Origin: a virus
Lineage: Duplodnaviria > Caudoviricetes
DNA: 44,180 nucleotides
Direction: 5' to 3' (one strand)
IMG/VR virus record: IMGVR_UViG_3300025676_000033
Location: 1 to 44,180 of that record
Shown: positions 26,721 through 36,600 of the stretch, in pieces
Position numbering within the stretch: position 1 is the stretch's first letter
Layout of the letters: each line of letters opens with the position of its first letter
The notes under the pieces: generated by a model
The model's database searches: none
What the model was told of the DNA's origin: nothing
What the model saw: only the letters and a program-made list of their open reading frames with translations
Position numbers and translations under genes: made by a program

Positions 26721-26738
26721 AATATAATATAATTATTT

Positions 26739-26775
26739 GTATTCTTTTGTAAGGGTAAGAATACTATAAACCCTT
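26739..26775 (-). promoter_or_regulatory. Predicted H-type RNA pseudoknot in the scaffold 5' leader
   Basis: mRNA AAGGGU-UUAUA-GUAUUCUU-ACCCUU-ACAA-AAGAAUAC forms two interleaved perfect stems of 6 bp and 8 bp. Confidence 0.6.
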
Positions 26776-26778
26776 TAA

Positions 26779-27096
26779 TTATATACCTTGATAAGCTACT
26801 ATAGTTCCTGAAGCTACATCAATTTCAGTCCAACGACCATAAATTGTTACTCCTTTTGGAAATGTTACACTATCAACTACTACCCCTGCAGCTCCGGCAC
26901 CAATGCCTTCGGTATTTATATATGTTGTTGCACTTTCTGCAACTAATCCGCTTGCACTATCAAAGACTGTATCTGTAAGGATTGTTATTGCTATCCATAC
27001 ATTTCCAGAAGTTGGAGTTATTGCAGCAGAACTTGCTGTTGTATACGCTGAACCGTTTATACTAGCGGTCCAATCATTTTTTACTACTTTGCTCAT
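26779..27096 (-). CDS. Small beta-rich virion protein (possible decoration protein)
   Basis: 105 aa, A/T/G/V-rich, with FPKGVTIYGRW; lies in the head module. Confidence 0.55.
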   Translation of the reverse strand: MSKVVKNDWTASINGSAYTTASSAAITPTSGNVWIAITILTDTVFDSASGLVAESATTYINTEGIGAGAAGVVVDSVTFPKGVTIYGRWTEIDVASGTIVAYQGI

Positions 27097-27121
27097 TGTT
27101 TGATTATTTATTAATTGTTAT

Positions 27122-27688
27122 TTATTTTTTCTTATTTTTTCTTTCTTGTCGTCTTTGCCAACGATTACCTTTTCTTTCTGCTGCTGCAGGAGTTATGGGT
27201 CTTACTTCTTCTCTAGAACTACTTCTTCCTACTGATGCCGAAGAGCCTATATTCCCTAATCTAAACCCTGCTGATTTAGAAACACCTTTTCTCACATGTT
27301 TCAGAAGTTCGTTATCTTCAACAGCCTTAAACTTTGATTTTTGTTTTGTAAAAGATGTAGAAAAACTTAACCCCCCTATTTTATCAGTTTTATTTTTTCT
27401 TTTAGAAGACAGTCTAAGGGTAGAAACATTACTAGGGTCATTCTTTGGAAATTCCTTTGAAGCTTGCTCTCGTGAAAATGATTTTTGATCAAATTCATTT
27501 AACTGCTTTCTTTTGCTTTTATTGCCCTTTGATATATTAAGACGTCCATGTGCTTCAGCCCATGATATAGATTCTTCTTTTCCCCCTAATTTACCTATTG
27601 TATCTACTTGCTTTTCATTAAAAACAGTTGGCGTATTAGGTTGATCATCCGTAATACCCTCACGCATTTTCCTTAGTTTATATGACAT
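27122..27688 (-). CDS. Basic low-complexity hypothetical protein
   Basis: 188-aa K/R/S-rich ORF filling the gap after the portal, on the operon strand. Confidence 0.55.
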   Translation of the reverse strand: MSYKLRKMREGITDDQPNTPTVFNEKQVDTIGKLGGKEESISWAEAHGRLNISKGNKSKRKQLNEFDQKSFSREQASKEFPKNDPSNVSTLRLSSKRKNKTDKIGGLSFSTSFTKQKSKFKAVEDNELLKHVRKGVSKSAGFRLGNIGSSASVGRSSSREEVRPITPAAAERKGNRWQRRQERKNKKK

Positions 27689-27713
27689 TGTGTTTATTTT
27701 AATTGTTTATTTA

Positions 27714-30137
27714 TTATCTTGGTTCAAATTGCTCTAAACCAAATCCTCCTAAACTATCAAATCCTGCTGATTCAAAATTCTTTGGGGGGGTATTATTTTT
27801 TCTTTGCTCTATTAATTCAGATTGTTGAGAAGCTTGTATTTTAGTTCTACCATCTTTCCTGTCTTCTTTATACTTCTCTTTATCATTAATTACATTTAAA
27901 TCCATTTCTTTAAGCTTTACGTTTAATTGGAACTCATGAAGCATAAGCTCTTTCTTAATTGCAGCTTCTCTTTCCATCTTCTTAATATCAAACTCTACTT
28001 GTGCTTGGTTCATTTTAACTTTATTTTCAGTCATAATTTGGTTTTTCTGAATATCTGCTGCGGCTGCTGCTTGAGCTGCTTCTGCATTAGACTTAGATTG
28101 TAATTCCATATTCCTGGCAGAAATAGCTTGATCTTCTTCCATTTTTTTCCTTCTTCTAAGTTTTAATAACTGATTTGCTAATTTAAGATTTTTAACATCT
28201 CGTATATCGATTGCATCTTCTAATTTAACTTGATCCTTAGATAAAGACATTTGTATATTATTTTCTAATAGTTGTTTTTCTTCGTCATCGGGGGCAATTT
28301 CCAGAAATATACCAAAATCATGCAAATGTAATTTACTTACTTCTTTTAAGGAAGCAACATTAAATCTGCCCAGTGAATTTATAAAAGCATTTTTTGTATT
28401 AGCAAACTCTAAAACATCAGATATTCTAAGTGATATAGCTTCAGCTGTTTTTAATGATAGATATAAACCGGATTGTAATACATGTCTTGTAGCAGTATTT
28501 GAATTTGCAGCAGCTAGTTTCTCTAAACCCACCAACGCGTTTGGGTCAGGTTTTGAACCATCCCTTGCCTCATTTAATCCTGTAACATCTCTCATCCCCT
28601 GTAAATAATAGTTGTAAGCCGTAATAAGACTTTGTATTTTTGCACCACCACTACCGGTTTGTAATTCTTGTATTGGTACTCTACCATTATTAAATTCCCC
28701 ATCTTGTGTCATAGAACGGCCTATAACAGAACCTGTTTGGAAATACATATTTAAAGCTTCTTGAGGATTATAATTTGTACCATTACCTAAATCTACTTCT
28801 GCAATTCCATCTGCATCTAAAAATACACCGTCTGGTACCATTCTTGCTAATACTTGTTGTAATTTAAGATGAGTCAATTGAATCATATCAGCAAATGTTG
28901 TCATTCTACTTACAAGCGACTCAAGTCTTCCTTTATACATTCTAGGTGCCACTATATTATATGACATTTGTACTTTAGTGGTGTCTGATTTTGGCCTTGT
29001 CATGTTTTCAGCAAGCTTCCACTCTAATATATTCTCGCTACCAATAATTTTAGCTCCAGAATATAATACTTCTATTGCTCTATCTACTTTTTCAAATCTA
29101 GCTTTTTGATCTTTTGGAGGATTAAAATTATCATCTTTTTTAATTGCTTTTTTACCACCAGATGTTGTTTCTTTAATTTTATATGTTTGGTTTTTATATG
29201 ATTTATATTCAAAATATAATACATATACAAATCCATCATCACCACCATCTAATGCACCATAAGATTTATTATATAACATACGCCCAGAACCATGGCCATT
29301 ATCTTCTATGTTTTTTATTTCTTCATCAGAAATATTTGGAAATTGTTTTTTAAGTTCAACTATACTAATTTTTCTAATTTCACCCACATAATATAAATCA
29401 TCAAAATATGGTGATTCTGTAAATGAATATATTATATCAGTTGGATCTACATAATTTATTGTTATTCCCTCTGATTTATTAAACCCATTTTTAACACATC
29501 CTATACCTAGCACAGTAATATCATAATCTAATCTTCTTTTTGTTAAATCAAATTTATTTTTATCTAATACGTTTGATATAGCTTCTTCTTGTGCAATTTC
29601 TATTCCTTGTTTATAGTCAAGTTGCATGTGTACTGATAATTCTGTATCATCAGCTGGTAATTTTGAAGGGTCAGATTTATATAAACTAATACCTAATTGC
29701 TTGTCAACATTTTCTATAAAACTTTTTGAATTCATATCAGATATAATATTATCCATATAACCAGCTCTTTGTTCAACTGAAACAGGATCTTGTGAATAAG
29801 CTTTTACATCATACATTCTTCCTGCAATACCATTTACTACAATATCTACAAATTTTGGAATTATCGGTACTGGTTTCCAATCAATATTTAGATATGATAA
29901 ATCACCGTTTATAGATAATTCGTCTTTATATTTTTGTATTGATTGTTCTCCCCTCGCATATAATCTTAATCGATGAAAATTTTCACGGTTCGACTGATAC
30001 CTAGAGGTTCCTGAATCTTGCTTAAACCACTCTGACTCTATTGCCATTCCGATTTTCGCACCGTATTCTTGACTTGATTTTTCTGAGTTAGATACTGACT
30101 GACTCGGGAATAATCCTTTTGGATGTGATGTTGCCAT
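27714..30137 (-). CDS. Portal protein
   Basis: 807 aa directly after TerL. LRLYARGEQ, WKPVPIIPKFVDIVVNG, RDVTGLNEARDG and a C-terminal coiled coil. Confidence 0.85.
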   Translation of the reverse strand: MATSHPKGLFPSQSVSNSEKSSQEYGAKIGMAIESEWFKQDSGTSRYQSNRENFHRLRLYARGEQSIQKYKDELSINGDLSYLNIDWKPVPIIPKFVDIVVNGIAGRMYDVKAYSQDPVSVEQRAGYMDNIISDMNSKSFIENVDKQLGISLYKSDPSKLPADDTELSVHMQLDYKQGIEIAQEEAISNVLDKNKFDLTKRRLDYDITVLGIGCVKNGFNKSEGITINYVDPTDIIYSFTESPYFDDLYYVGEIRKISIVELKKQFPNISDEEIKNIEDNGHGSGRMLYNKSYGALDGGDDGFVYVLYFEYKSYKNQTYKIKETTSGGKKAIKKDDNFNPPKDQKARFEKVDRAIEVLYSGAKIIGSENILEWKLAENMTRPKSDTTKVQMSYNIVAPRMYKGRLESLVSRMTTFADMIQLTHLKLQQVLARMVPDGVFLDADGIAEVDLGNGTNYNPQEALNMYFQTGSVIGRSMTQDGEFNNGRVPIQELQTGSGGAKIQSLITAYNYYLQGMRDVTGLNEARDGSKPDPNALVGLEKLAAANSNTATRHVLQSGLYLSLKTAEAISLRISDVLEFANTKNAFINSLGRFNVASLKEVSKLHLHDFGIFLEIAPDDEEKQLLENNIQMSLSKDQVKLEDAIDIRDVKNLKLANQLLKLRRRKKMEEDQAISARNMELQSKSNAEAAQAAAAADIQKNQIMTENKVKMNQAQVEFDIKKMEREAAIKKELMLHEFQLNVKLKEMDLNVINDKEKYKEDRKDGRTKIQASQQSELIEQRKNNTPPKNFESAGFDSLGGFGLEQFEPR

Positions 30138-32357
30138 TTATTTTAATATTTTGGATAAATTACCTTTATTATTGTACTTCTTAAATTCAAATTCTAATTT
30201 TTTTGTTGTTCTAGCTATAGCGGGGTTATATAGGTTTTTATTGCATGCCATAATTGCTAAACCTGAGCTAATTGCCGCATCAAACTTTGTTCTTTTATTT
30301 ATATCAAACAAAGCCCAATCATTTAATGTACGATCAAAATAAAGATCTCCATAGTTATTATCTTCTTTTAATCCTACATATCTATCTATATATGATTCAA
30401 TAGCCGCTGCGTGTGCTTGTCTTATATCTTCAGATGAATTAGGTATACCCCCTACTTCCCTTTCCGCTACGGATAATTTATTATATATTTTATCCGGTCT
30501 GTTTATTGAATAACCCCTATACCCTCTTCTTTTTAAATAATATAAAAGCCTAGGTTTATTATTTTCTGCTAATAGTGGCATTCCATAAAATACTAATGCC
30601 ATTAATACATCTTCAAAAAACATTTCCGCTGTTGGTGGTCTTGATACATATTCAAGAAAAAAACTATTAGAAGGGGCTTCATCTAAGCTAAACTTAGTCA
30701 ATCCATGCAATGCTCCTTTAGATCCTTGACCATCTGTCGTTCCGGATATATCGTAACTATCACATCCAAAAGCCCCTAAGTGTTCATTTCCTGGAGTTTT
30801 TCTACCTCTATTATTTATTACAATGTTTTGCATTTGTACCGGTGGAATCCAAGAAATATTAAATCTTCCTTTTAATTCCGGCATAAATATAACCTTGCTA
30901 TCTTTTATACCATTTTCCCATTGGAAATTACCTTTAGACACAAAGCCTGAACTTTTTAAATCGTTATTGTAATCTATTTGCTCGTATATCTTTTGTAAAT
31001 TAAATATACTGTTTTTTGTTTCATCTCTAAAAGCATGTTCCTCTGTTCTTGGAAATTGTCTATAGAGTTCGTTTAATGCGTCTTGATCGCTTTTAAGTCC
31101 ATCAACCTCATTCTGCCAATGCTCTATAACCCCAATATCGATTTTATCGCCTTGAGGTCCTTCGGATGCCTCCCTTGGTGTTTCGAAAACAGGTAATCCA
31201 TAAGAATCAATGAATCCCTCGTAGTTCCATTCCATAGGTATGAACAAACTATATAATCCAGAGCCAGTCTGTCCATTGCGGTTTCTTTTTGTAACGTCTG
31301 AGCCATTATATAATTTTTTAAAGTTATCACCACCTTTGTCTAAAGAGTTTGAGGTGGATCCCATCATACATTTTCCTATAATCCTGCTTCCTAATCTCAA
31401 CGTTGTTTTTGTAACACGCCAATTGTTTAATATATTATCTGGTCTTTCCCATTTACCAGATTCATCGTGAACAAGTAATTTTAACTTTTCACCATCATAT
31501 GAGTTGTCCCCTGTGTTTTTCCAGTCTATCGTTGTATCGAGCCCGTCGAGGTCTTTCCCTTTGGAGGCGTTGGTTGTACTGGTGATGGACTTCCTTGTGA
31601 GTTTGGATGCTGGGACACGGTAGGCAAGCTCTGTCTTGGGACGGTCCATCCCGTCTTGTATTGGCTTAAAGAAGAATGGGTAGTGTAATGAAATTGGGAC
31701 GACCTTGTCGGTAAACATCTTCTTTGCATCGCTACCAGTCTTCGATAAGATTCCGAATCTAGCATCTGAAGTGAGTGTAGCTTGATTAACTGTCTCGCTG
31801 CTTGACATGAAACTAAACCCCGACCGTCTATTCTTAAGGTAGCATATTCCATAGCATCTTGTATCTGCCTTGCATGCCTCCCAGAAAATAAAGAATAATC
31901 TGTTTGCTTCTCGAAAGTCTGGCTTCCCAACATCAATCTTGGACCACTGCAAGTAATTGTAATGAGAGCCAGTAATATAAGTATCAACCCCCTTATTACG
32001 GAACCAATACCCTTCTTCCCTTCTTGTAAATTCTCTATTAATGTATACATGCCATGTTTCTTTAAATTGAGCAGGGTATGTTTCCCAGTCAAATATTGTT
32101 TTTATATTTTTTAATTCTCTAGGATATTCATGAGGTGTCCATTTATTATGTTTGCTATACACTTCTTTTACTTCCGGTAATGCAATCTTTAAATTTTGTA
32201 TTTCATATACTTCACCAATCCTACCAGTCTTGCTTATAACAATCACATCATGTTCTTTGTTATAACCATATTCCCAAGCTTTCTTTTTATTCAACCTATG
32301 TATTGTTGTTCGCTTAATAGGTTCAATAATCTTATATAATGTTTGTTGATAACCCAT
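30138..32357 (-). CDS. terL: Terminase large subunit
   Basis: Walker A-like LKNRRSGFS, Walker B LLVHDESGK, MMGST coupling motif, nuclease FGCDSYD, ENNK and FDAAISSG. Confidence 0.92.
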   Translation of the reverse strand: MGYQQTLYKIIEPIKRTTIHRLNKKKAWEYGYNKEHDVIVISKTGRIGEVYEIQNLKIALPEVKEVYSKHNKWTPHEYPRELKNIKTIFDWETYPAQFKETWHVYINREFTRREEGYWFRNKGVDTYITGSHYNYLQWSKIDVGKPDFREANRLFFIFWEACKADTRCYGICYLKNRRSGFSFMSSSETVNQATLTSDARFGILSKTGSDAKKMFTDKVVPISLHYPFFFKPIQDGMDRPKTELAYRVPASKLTRKSITSTTNASKGKDLDGLDTTIDWKNTGDNSYDGEKLKLLVHDESGKWERPDNILNNWRVTKTTLRLGSRIIGKCMMGSTSNSLDKGGDNFKKLYNGSDVTKRNRNGQTGSGLYSLFIPMEWNYEGFIDSYGLPVFETPREASEGPQGDKIDIGVIEHWQNEVDGLKSDQDALNELYRQFPRTEEHAFRDETKNSIFNLQKIYEQIDYNNDLKSSGFVSKGNFQWENGIKDSKVIFMPELKGRFNISWIPPVQMQNIVINNRGRKTPGNEHLGAFGCDSYDISGTTDGQGSKGALHGLTKFSLDEAPSNSFFLEYVSRPPTAEMFFEDVLMALVFYGMPLLAENNKPRLLYYLKRRGYRGYSINRPDKIYNKLSVAEREVGGIPNSSEDIRQAHAAAIESYIDRYVGLKEDNNYGDLYFDRTLNDWALFDINKRTKFDAAISSGLAIMACNKNLYNPAIARTTKKLEFEFKKYNNKGNLSKILK
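31526..32050 (-). CDS. Candidate overprinted gene in the +1 frame of terL (lipoprotein-like, Pro/Ser/Gln-rich tail)
   Basis: Stop-free for 188 codons from TTG 32092 (ATG at 32050). Local GC is ~52% at 31501-31680. Signal-like segment RGLILILLALITIT|C. Confidence 0.4.
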   Translation of the reverse strand: MYTLIENLQEGKKGIGSVIRGLILILLALITITCSGPRLMLGSQTFEKQTDYSLFSGRHARQIQDAMEYATLRIDGRGLVSCQAARQLIKLHSLQMLDSESYRRLVAMQRRCLPTRSSQFHYTTHSSLSQYKTGWTVPRQSLPTVSQHPNSQGSPSPVQPTPPKGKTSTGSIQR

Positions 32358-32629
32358 TATTTAGATCTTTTTTCAGCAAACCCACTAAATGCTTTTGTTT
32401 CATCTTGTATAGGTTTGTTTTCTAAAATAGCTTGTTCTTGTTCAATTCTATTTAAAATCTCGAGAGCATCGAATATAGCTAACTTTTTTGTAGCAGCTGC
32501 ATTTTTTAATCTATCCGCAGACACATCATCATCAGTTTCTACAATTGGTTCTTTTGCTACTTTTACTAATTCATCAACAGCTTTATAACCAGCTTGGATT
32601 ATACTCTCTTTCTTCTTTTTTATATTCAT
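32357..32629 (-). CDS. Putative terminase small subunit / packaging accessory
   Basis: 90-aa helical protein coupled to terL by a TAATG overlap. Confidence 0.5.
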   Translation of the reverse strand: MNIKKKKESIIQAGYKAVDELVKVAKEPIVETDDDVSADRLKNAAATKKLAIFDALEILNRIEQEQAILENKPIQDETKAFSGFAEKRSK

Positions 32630-33170
32630 ATTTAATTGAAATTTCCTTTGTCATTACCCTGTATAATCTTTCACCGTTTATTATAAATTCGTATTCACTA
32701 TCCGGGGTAAAACCTATCTTCTCACCTATTGTTAATAAACCTGAATCATCGGTGTGCTTAACAATACCCATTAAAGGTTTTTCTTTATTAGTAGAGAACT
32801 TATCCTCGCTCGCTAATGGTTTTATAAAACAGTAGCCTTGATTTGCTTTCCAGATGCCTTCGTGTTTATAAAGGAAGATTTGATCGAGTTCACAAAAATA
32901 TAGATTATCTTTAAAATAACTTTTGCTGTTTTTTTCAATACCTCTAACGTCATGCCAACGGCGAAATATGTTATGATGCACATAAAGCTCAGTGCCTCTA
33001 GTAAAATGCTTGCCATCTATTATTGGTGTTTCATGTATTACAGCTTCACGACTTACAAATTTATGATCAGTTATACCAGAATTTAATATTAATTCTGTAC
33101 CATTGACCTTTTTAATATTGTCGTATCTTTCTTTTTTTGGTGTTATTAAAAAAGTATGTATTGGTTTCAT
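32583..33170 (-). CDS. GroES-like co-chaperonin (tandem GroES-like domains)
   Basis: YCFIKPL...MGIVKH...IGEKIGF...EYEFIINGERLYRV resembles the GroES beta-barrel. A similar pattern occurs in the N-terminal half. Confidence 0.6.
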   Translation of the reverse strand: MKPIHTFLITPKKERYDNIKKVNGTELILNSGITDHKFVSREAVIHETPIIDGKHFTRGTELYVHHNIFRRWHDVRGIEKNSKSYFKDNLYFCELDQIFLYKHEGIWKANQGYCFIKPLASEDKFSTNKEKPLMGIVKHTDDSGLLTIGEKIGFTPDSEYEFIINGERLYRVMTKEISIKYEYKKEEREYNPSWL

Positions 33171-33391
33171 TAGTATTCAAGATTATATTCTACAGATATT
33201 CCCATGTTTTTATTAAAATCTTTCCATGGTAATACATCATTGTTCTTTTTAATGTATATGCAGAATTTATTCTCTTCTTCTAATATATCACATATAGTGT
33301 GCCCTCCATAAACTTCTTGGCCTACAGCATAATGCATAGCGTCGGTTTTATAGTCCTTCCCAACACTAATCTTTCTTATCAGCTTGCTCAT
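33170..33391 (-). CDS. Conserved hypothetical phage protein
   Basis: 73 aa, IRKISVGKDYKTDAMHYAVGQEVYGGH; coupled to its neighbours. Confidence 0.65.
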   Translation of the reverse strand: MSKLIRKISVGKDYKTDAMHYAVGQEVYGGHTICDILEEENKFCIYIKKNNDVLPWKDFNKNMGISVEYNLEY

Positions 33392-33632
33392 CTGCCTCTT
33401 TTATTTCTGTAATATCACCACCCTTTATATCTATACTAACATGCCCATATTTATCTTTTAATTCTCCTTGCATATCGCGTAAATTTAGTTTAGCCACACT
33501 ATAAGATTGTAGTAAATTATTTTTTTCTACTTCTGAAGCACCTATTTTATATTGTAAATCAGTAAGTATACTTATTTTGGCTTGCAAATCCCCAAGCTCT
33601 TTATCTGTTATTTTCTTTGTTTTTTTACTCAT
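33366..33632 (-). CDS. Small coiled-coil hypothetical protein
   Basis: 88-aa heptad pattern ending in LKDKYGHVSIDIKGGDI. Confidence 0.6.
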   Translation of the reverse strand: MSKKTKKITDKELGDLQAKISILTDLQYKIGASEVEKNNLLQSYSVAKLNLRDMQGELKDKYGHVSIDIKGGDITEIKEADEQADKKD

Positions 33633-33664
33633 AATTTATTTATTTAATTTAATTTAACTTAATT

Positions 33665-36600
33665 TTAACTGTGAACATATGTCCCACTAGATGTAAATTT
33701 TAATATTGTATCGCTTCCTGATGTTGTTACAGTAGGGCTACCTGTTGTTGAACCTGAATATTCAGATGTCAGTAATCTTAATATTACTACTCCTGAACCT
33801 CCTGCTCCTGATGTACCTTGAGCACCACCCCCACCACTACCGGTATTTGCTGTACCAGCTGTAGCAGTTGTTGTACTTCCAGCACCTCCACCACCAGAGC
33901 CTCCAGAACCAGCGGTTCCTCCACCTCCTCCTCCTCCACCTCCGGCGTAGGTTGCAGAACTTCCTGTAATACTTATAGCTAATCCTGCTCCACCTGCTCC
34001 ACCTGCACTTGAACTACTATTTGAACCAGCCGCAGAAGCACCTCCACCTCCACCACCGTTGTAAGTAGATTCTCCTATTCCTTGCCCACCATCAAAACCT
34101 TGATTAGCTGTTCCGCCACCACCAGCTTGACTACCGTGAGCTCCACCTCCTCCTGAACCTCCATCTCTACCAGTCTGATTCCGTCCACCTCCACCACCTC
34201 CAGTTGAAGTGATGGTTGTTAATCCTGTTGCTGCTATAGAAGAGTCTCCTCCATCATTTCCATATCCGTCCAAACTACTGACAGCTGTGCCCCCATCGCC
34301 AACAGTAATTGTATATGTTCCTGCTGCTAAAGTTATATCGCTTTCTGCTACTGCACCACCACCGGATGTAGAACCATAAGAAGTTCTTAAACCACCAGCT
34401 CCACCTCCACCTCCTGAACGATCATCATCTCTACCACCAGAAGCACCACCTGCAATTACAAGCCAGCTCATTATACCAGTTTGGTTTATTTTGAATGCCA
34501 TATATATATAAGTACTTCCTGATACATTTGTATTACCTCCCGCTTGAGCTAATGTAAATCCATCACTATCAAATGATGTTGTGTATGCACTTTCATCTGC
34601 TTCAGCACCAGTTGTATCTGCTCTTAAATTTACACCTACACCTCTTACAGAATCACATATTACCCAACCATTAGAACTACCCCCTGTTGCTCTTTTTATC
34701 ATTAACCAGTCAGGTTGAAATCCAAGTCCCGTTATACTATTCGTTGTCCCTGTTCCAGTATAACTTCCAATCTTACTATATCCTGATACTGAATGGAAAC
34801 AGTAAGATATATAATCACCTCCGCTTACATTTGTACTTTCGCTTGTACCTGTGTTTTGATATATTACTGTAGCTGATGGTCTCACATAATAAGGGTGATT
34901 TGCACTTGATACACTATTTTGTTCTGAACTTGTTAAATTTAAATACAACCAATTAGGGTATGTAGAATGACTTAAACTTAAATCTTTATGATACACACTC
35001 CAGTTGTTAGTAGAATCTAATCTTTTAGAAATTATCATTTCAGGTGCTGCTGAAAGTCCGTGAGGAACTTGTTTACCTGATACACCATCACCTTCATATT
35101 TTACAATAGAGAATCCTGCATTGGCGTTTGCACTAATTATAGTTTCTCCTGGAGCACCGAAAGTTAAATCATCATTGTCAGCCGCAGTTTCCTCATATAA
35201 AGCTGTTACATTTTCTTGTATTAATGCCGCATCATAAAATCTTAATTGGTCAATTTGCCCTGTAAAATCTGGTGTACCTCTATCTGTTCCAAGAGCTTTA
35301 GATGTAAAAGATATTGAATCGTAAGTAGGGAAAGTACCAACATTAACACCATCAACATAAGCTTTAGTATCTGTAGGAGTAAAGTTAAACACAATATGAT
35401 GCCAAGTATTTTCTGTTATAAGACCTGCTGCTGTTGTATTGCTTTTAAAAGTACCAGCGTATTTAGTCAATAATAATAATTTACCATCTCCATACAATAC
35501 TGGTCTAAAATAATTGTTAGCATCTATCCAAGCAGAATATAACGAATAAGCTGTAGCAGATGTACCTGCACCCATATCTGTAGCTTTCAGCCAAAAAGAC
35601 ATAGAAAAAGTTGAACCGTGTAAACTATTGTTAAAATTTATTTCACTGCTATTACTTTCAACAAAAACTGCAGCTTTATTAAACTTTCCAGTTGTATAAG
35701 TTATGTTTGAAGTCGTACCATTGTAATTACCTCTAACATCATTTGCATTGTCCTCAAATTTATATACTGCTCTTGCATTACCACCAAATAGTGTAGGTTC
35801 GTTATCATCAGCTTTCCACGCCCAAGCAACTAAAGCATCACCATTTCCATTATGTGCATTTCCCAAACCTAAAGAAAATCCATCACTATCAAAAGAAGTT
35901 AAACCTGCAGTCCCTGCTCCTGTTTTTGCCGCAGTAGTATCAGTTTCTAAATAATAATTTGGGCCCCATATATTATCAATTATTCTATTTCCTACTACAT
36001 CAGTTCTATTTTTCAGCCAAACCAAATTAGGTTTAAATCCTAAACCTGTAATACTTTGTGTACCACCATTACCAGTATAAGTTTTTACTGCAAAACTATC
36101 TGCAAGTGTTGGTGCTTCTGTGTCAGGGTCTGCAGCAAATGCCATATAGATATAAGGACTTCCCGAAGTATTCCAATCAGCATAATCATCTTTTATTTGA
36201 AATCCATTAGCTAAAAAATCAACACCATTTAAATCAGAAGCTTCAGAATTTAATCCTTGTGCCATTAAATATTTTAATCTTGGATTACTTGGGTCTCTTG
36301 CATTATCTATCATAACCCAAGCACTTGCAGAATCTGTTCTTTTGAACATTAAAAAAGCAGGTTCGAACCCAGTTTCTACAATCGGGCCGTTATCTGAACC
36401 ATTACCTGTGTATGAGCCAAACTTTGAAAACCCATCAATACCTGCGAAAAAATAACCAACATAAGTGTTGCCACTTAAATAACCATTACCCCCTGCTGCA
36501 GTATTAAAATAATATTTTGTAGTATCAGGTGCAGTTCCAAATACATCAGATGAACTTCCTGCAGCACTTTGTTCTAAAGATAAATAGCCATTAAAATCTT

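Noticed and set aside
26721-26781. Stop-codon readthrough from the 105-aa gene into the scaffold, stimulated by the pseudoknot
   Set aside because: The gap is 58 nt (out of frame) and an in-frame TAG follows within five codons.
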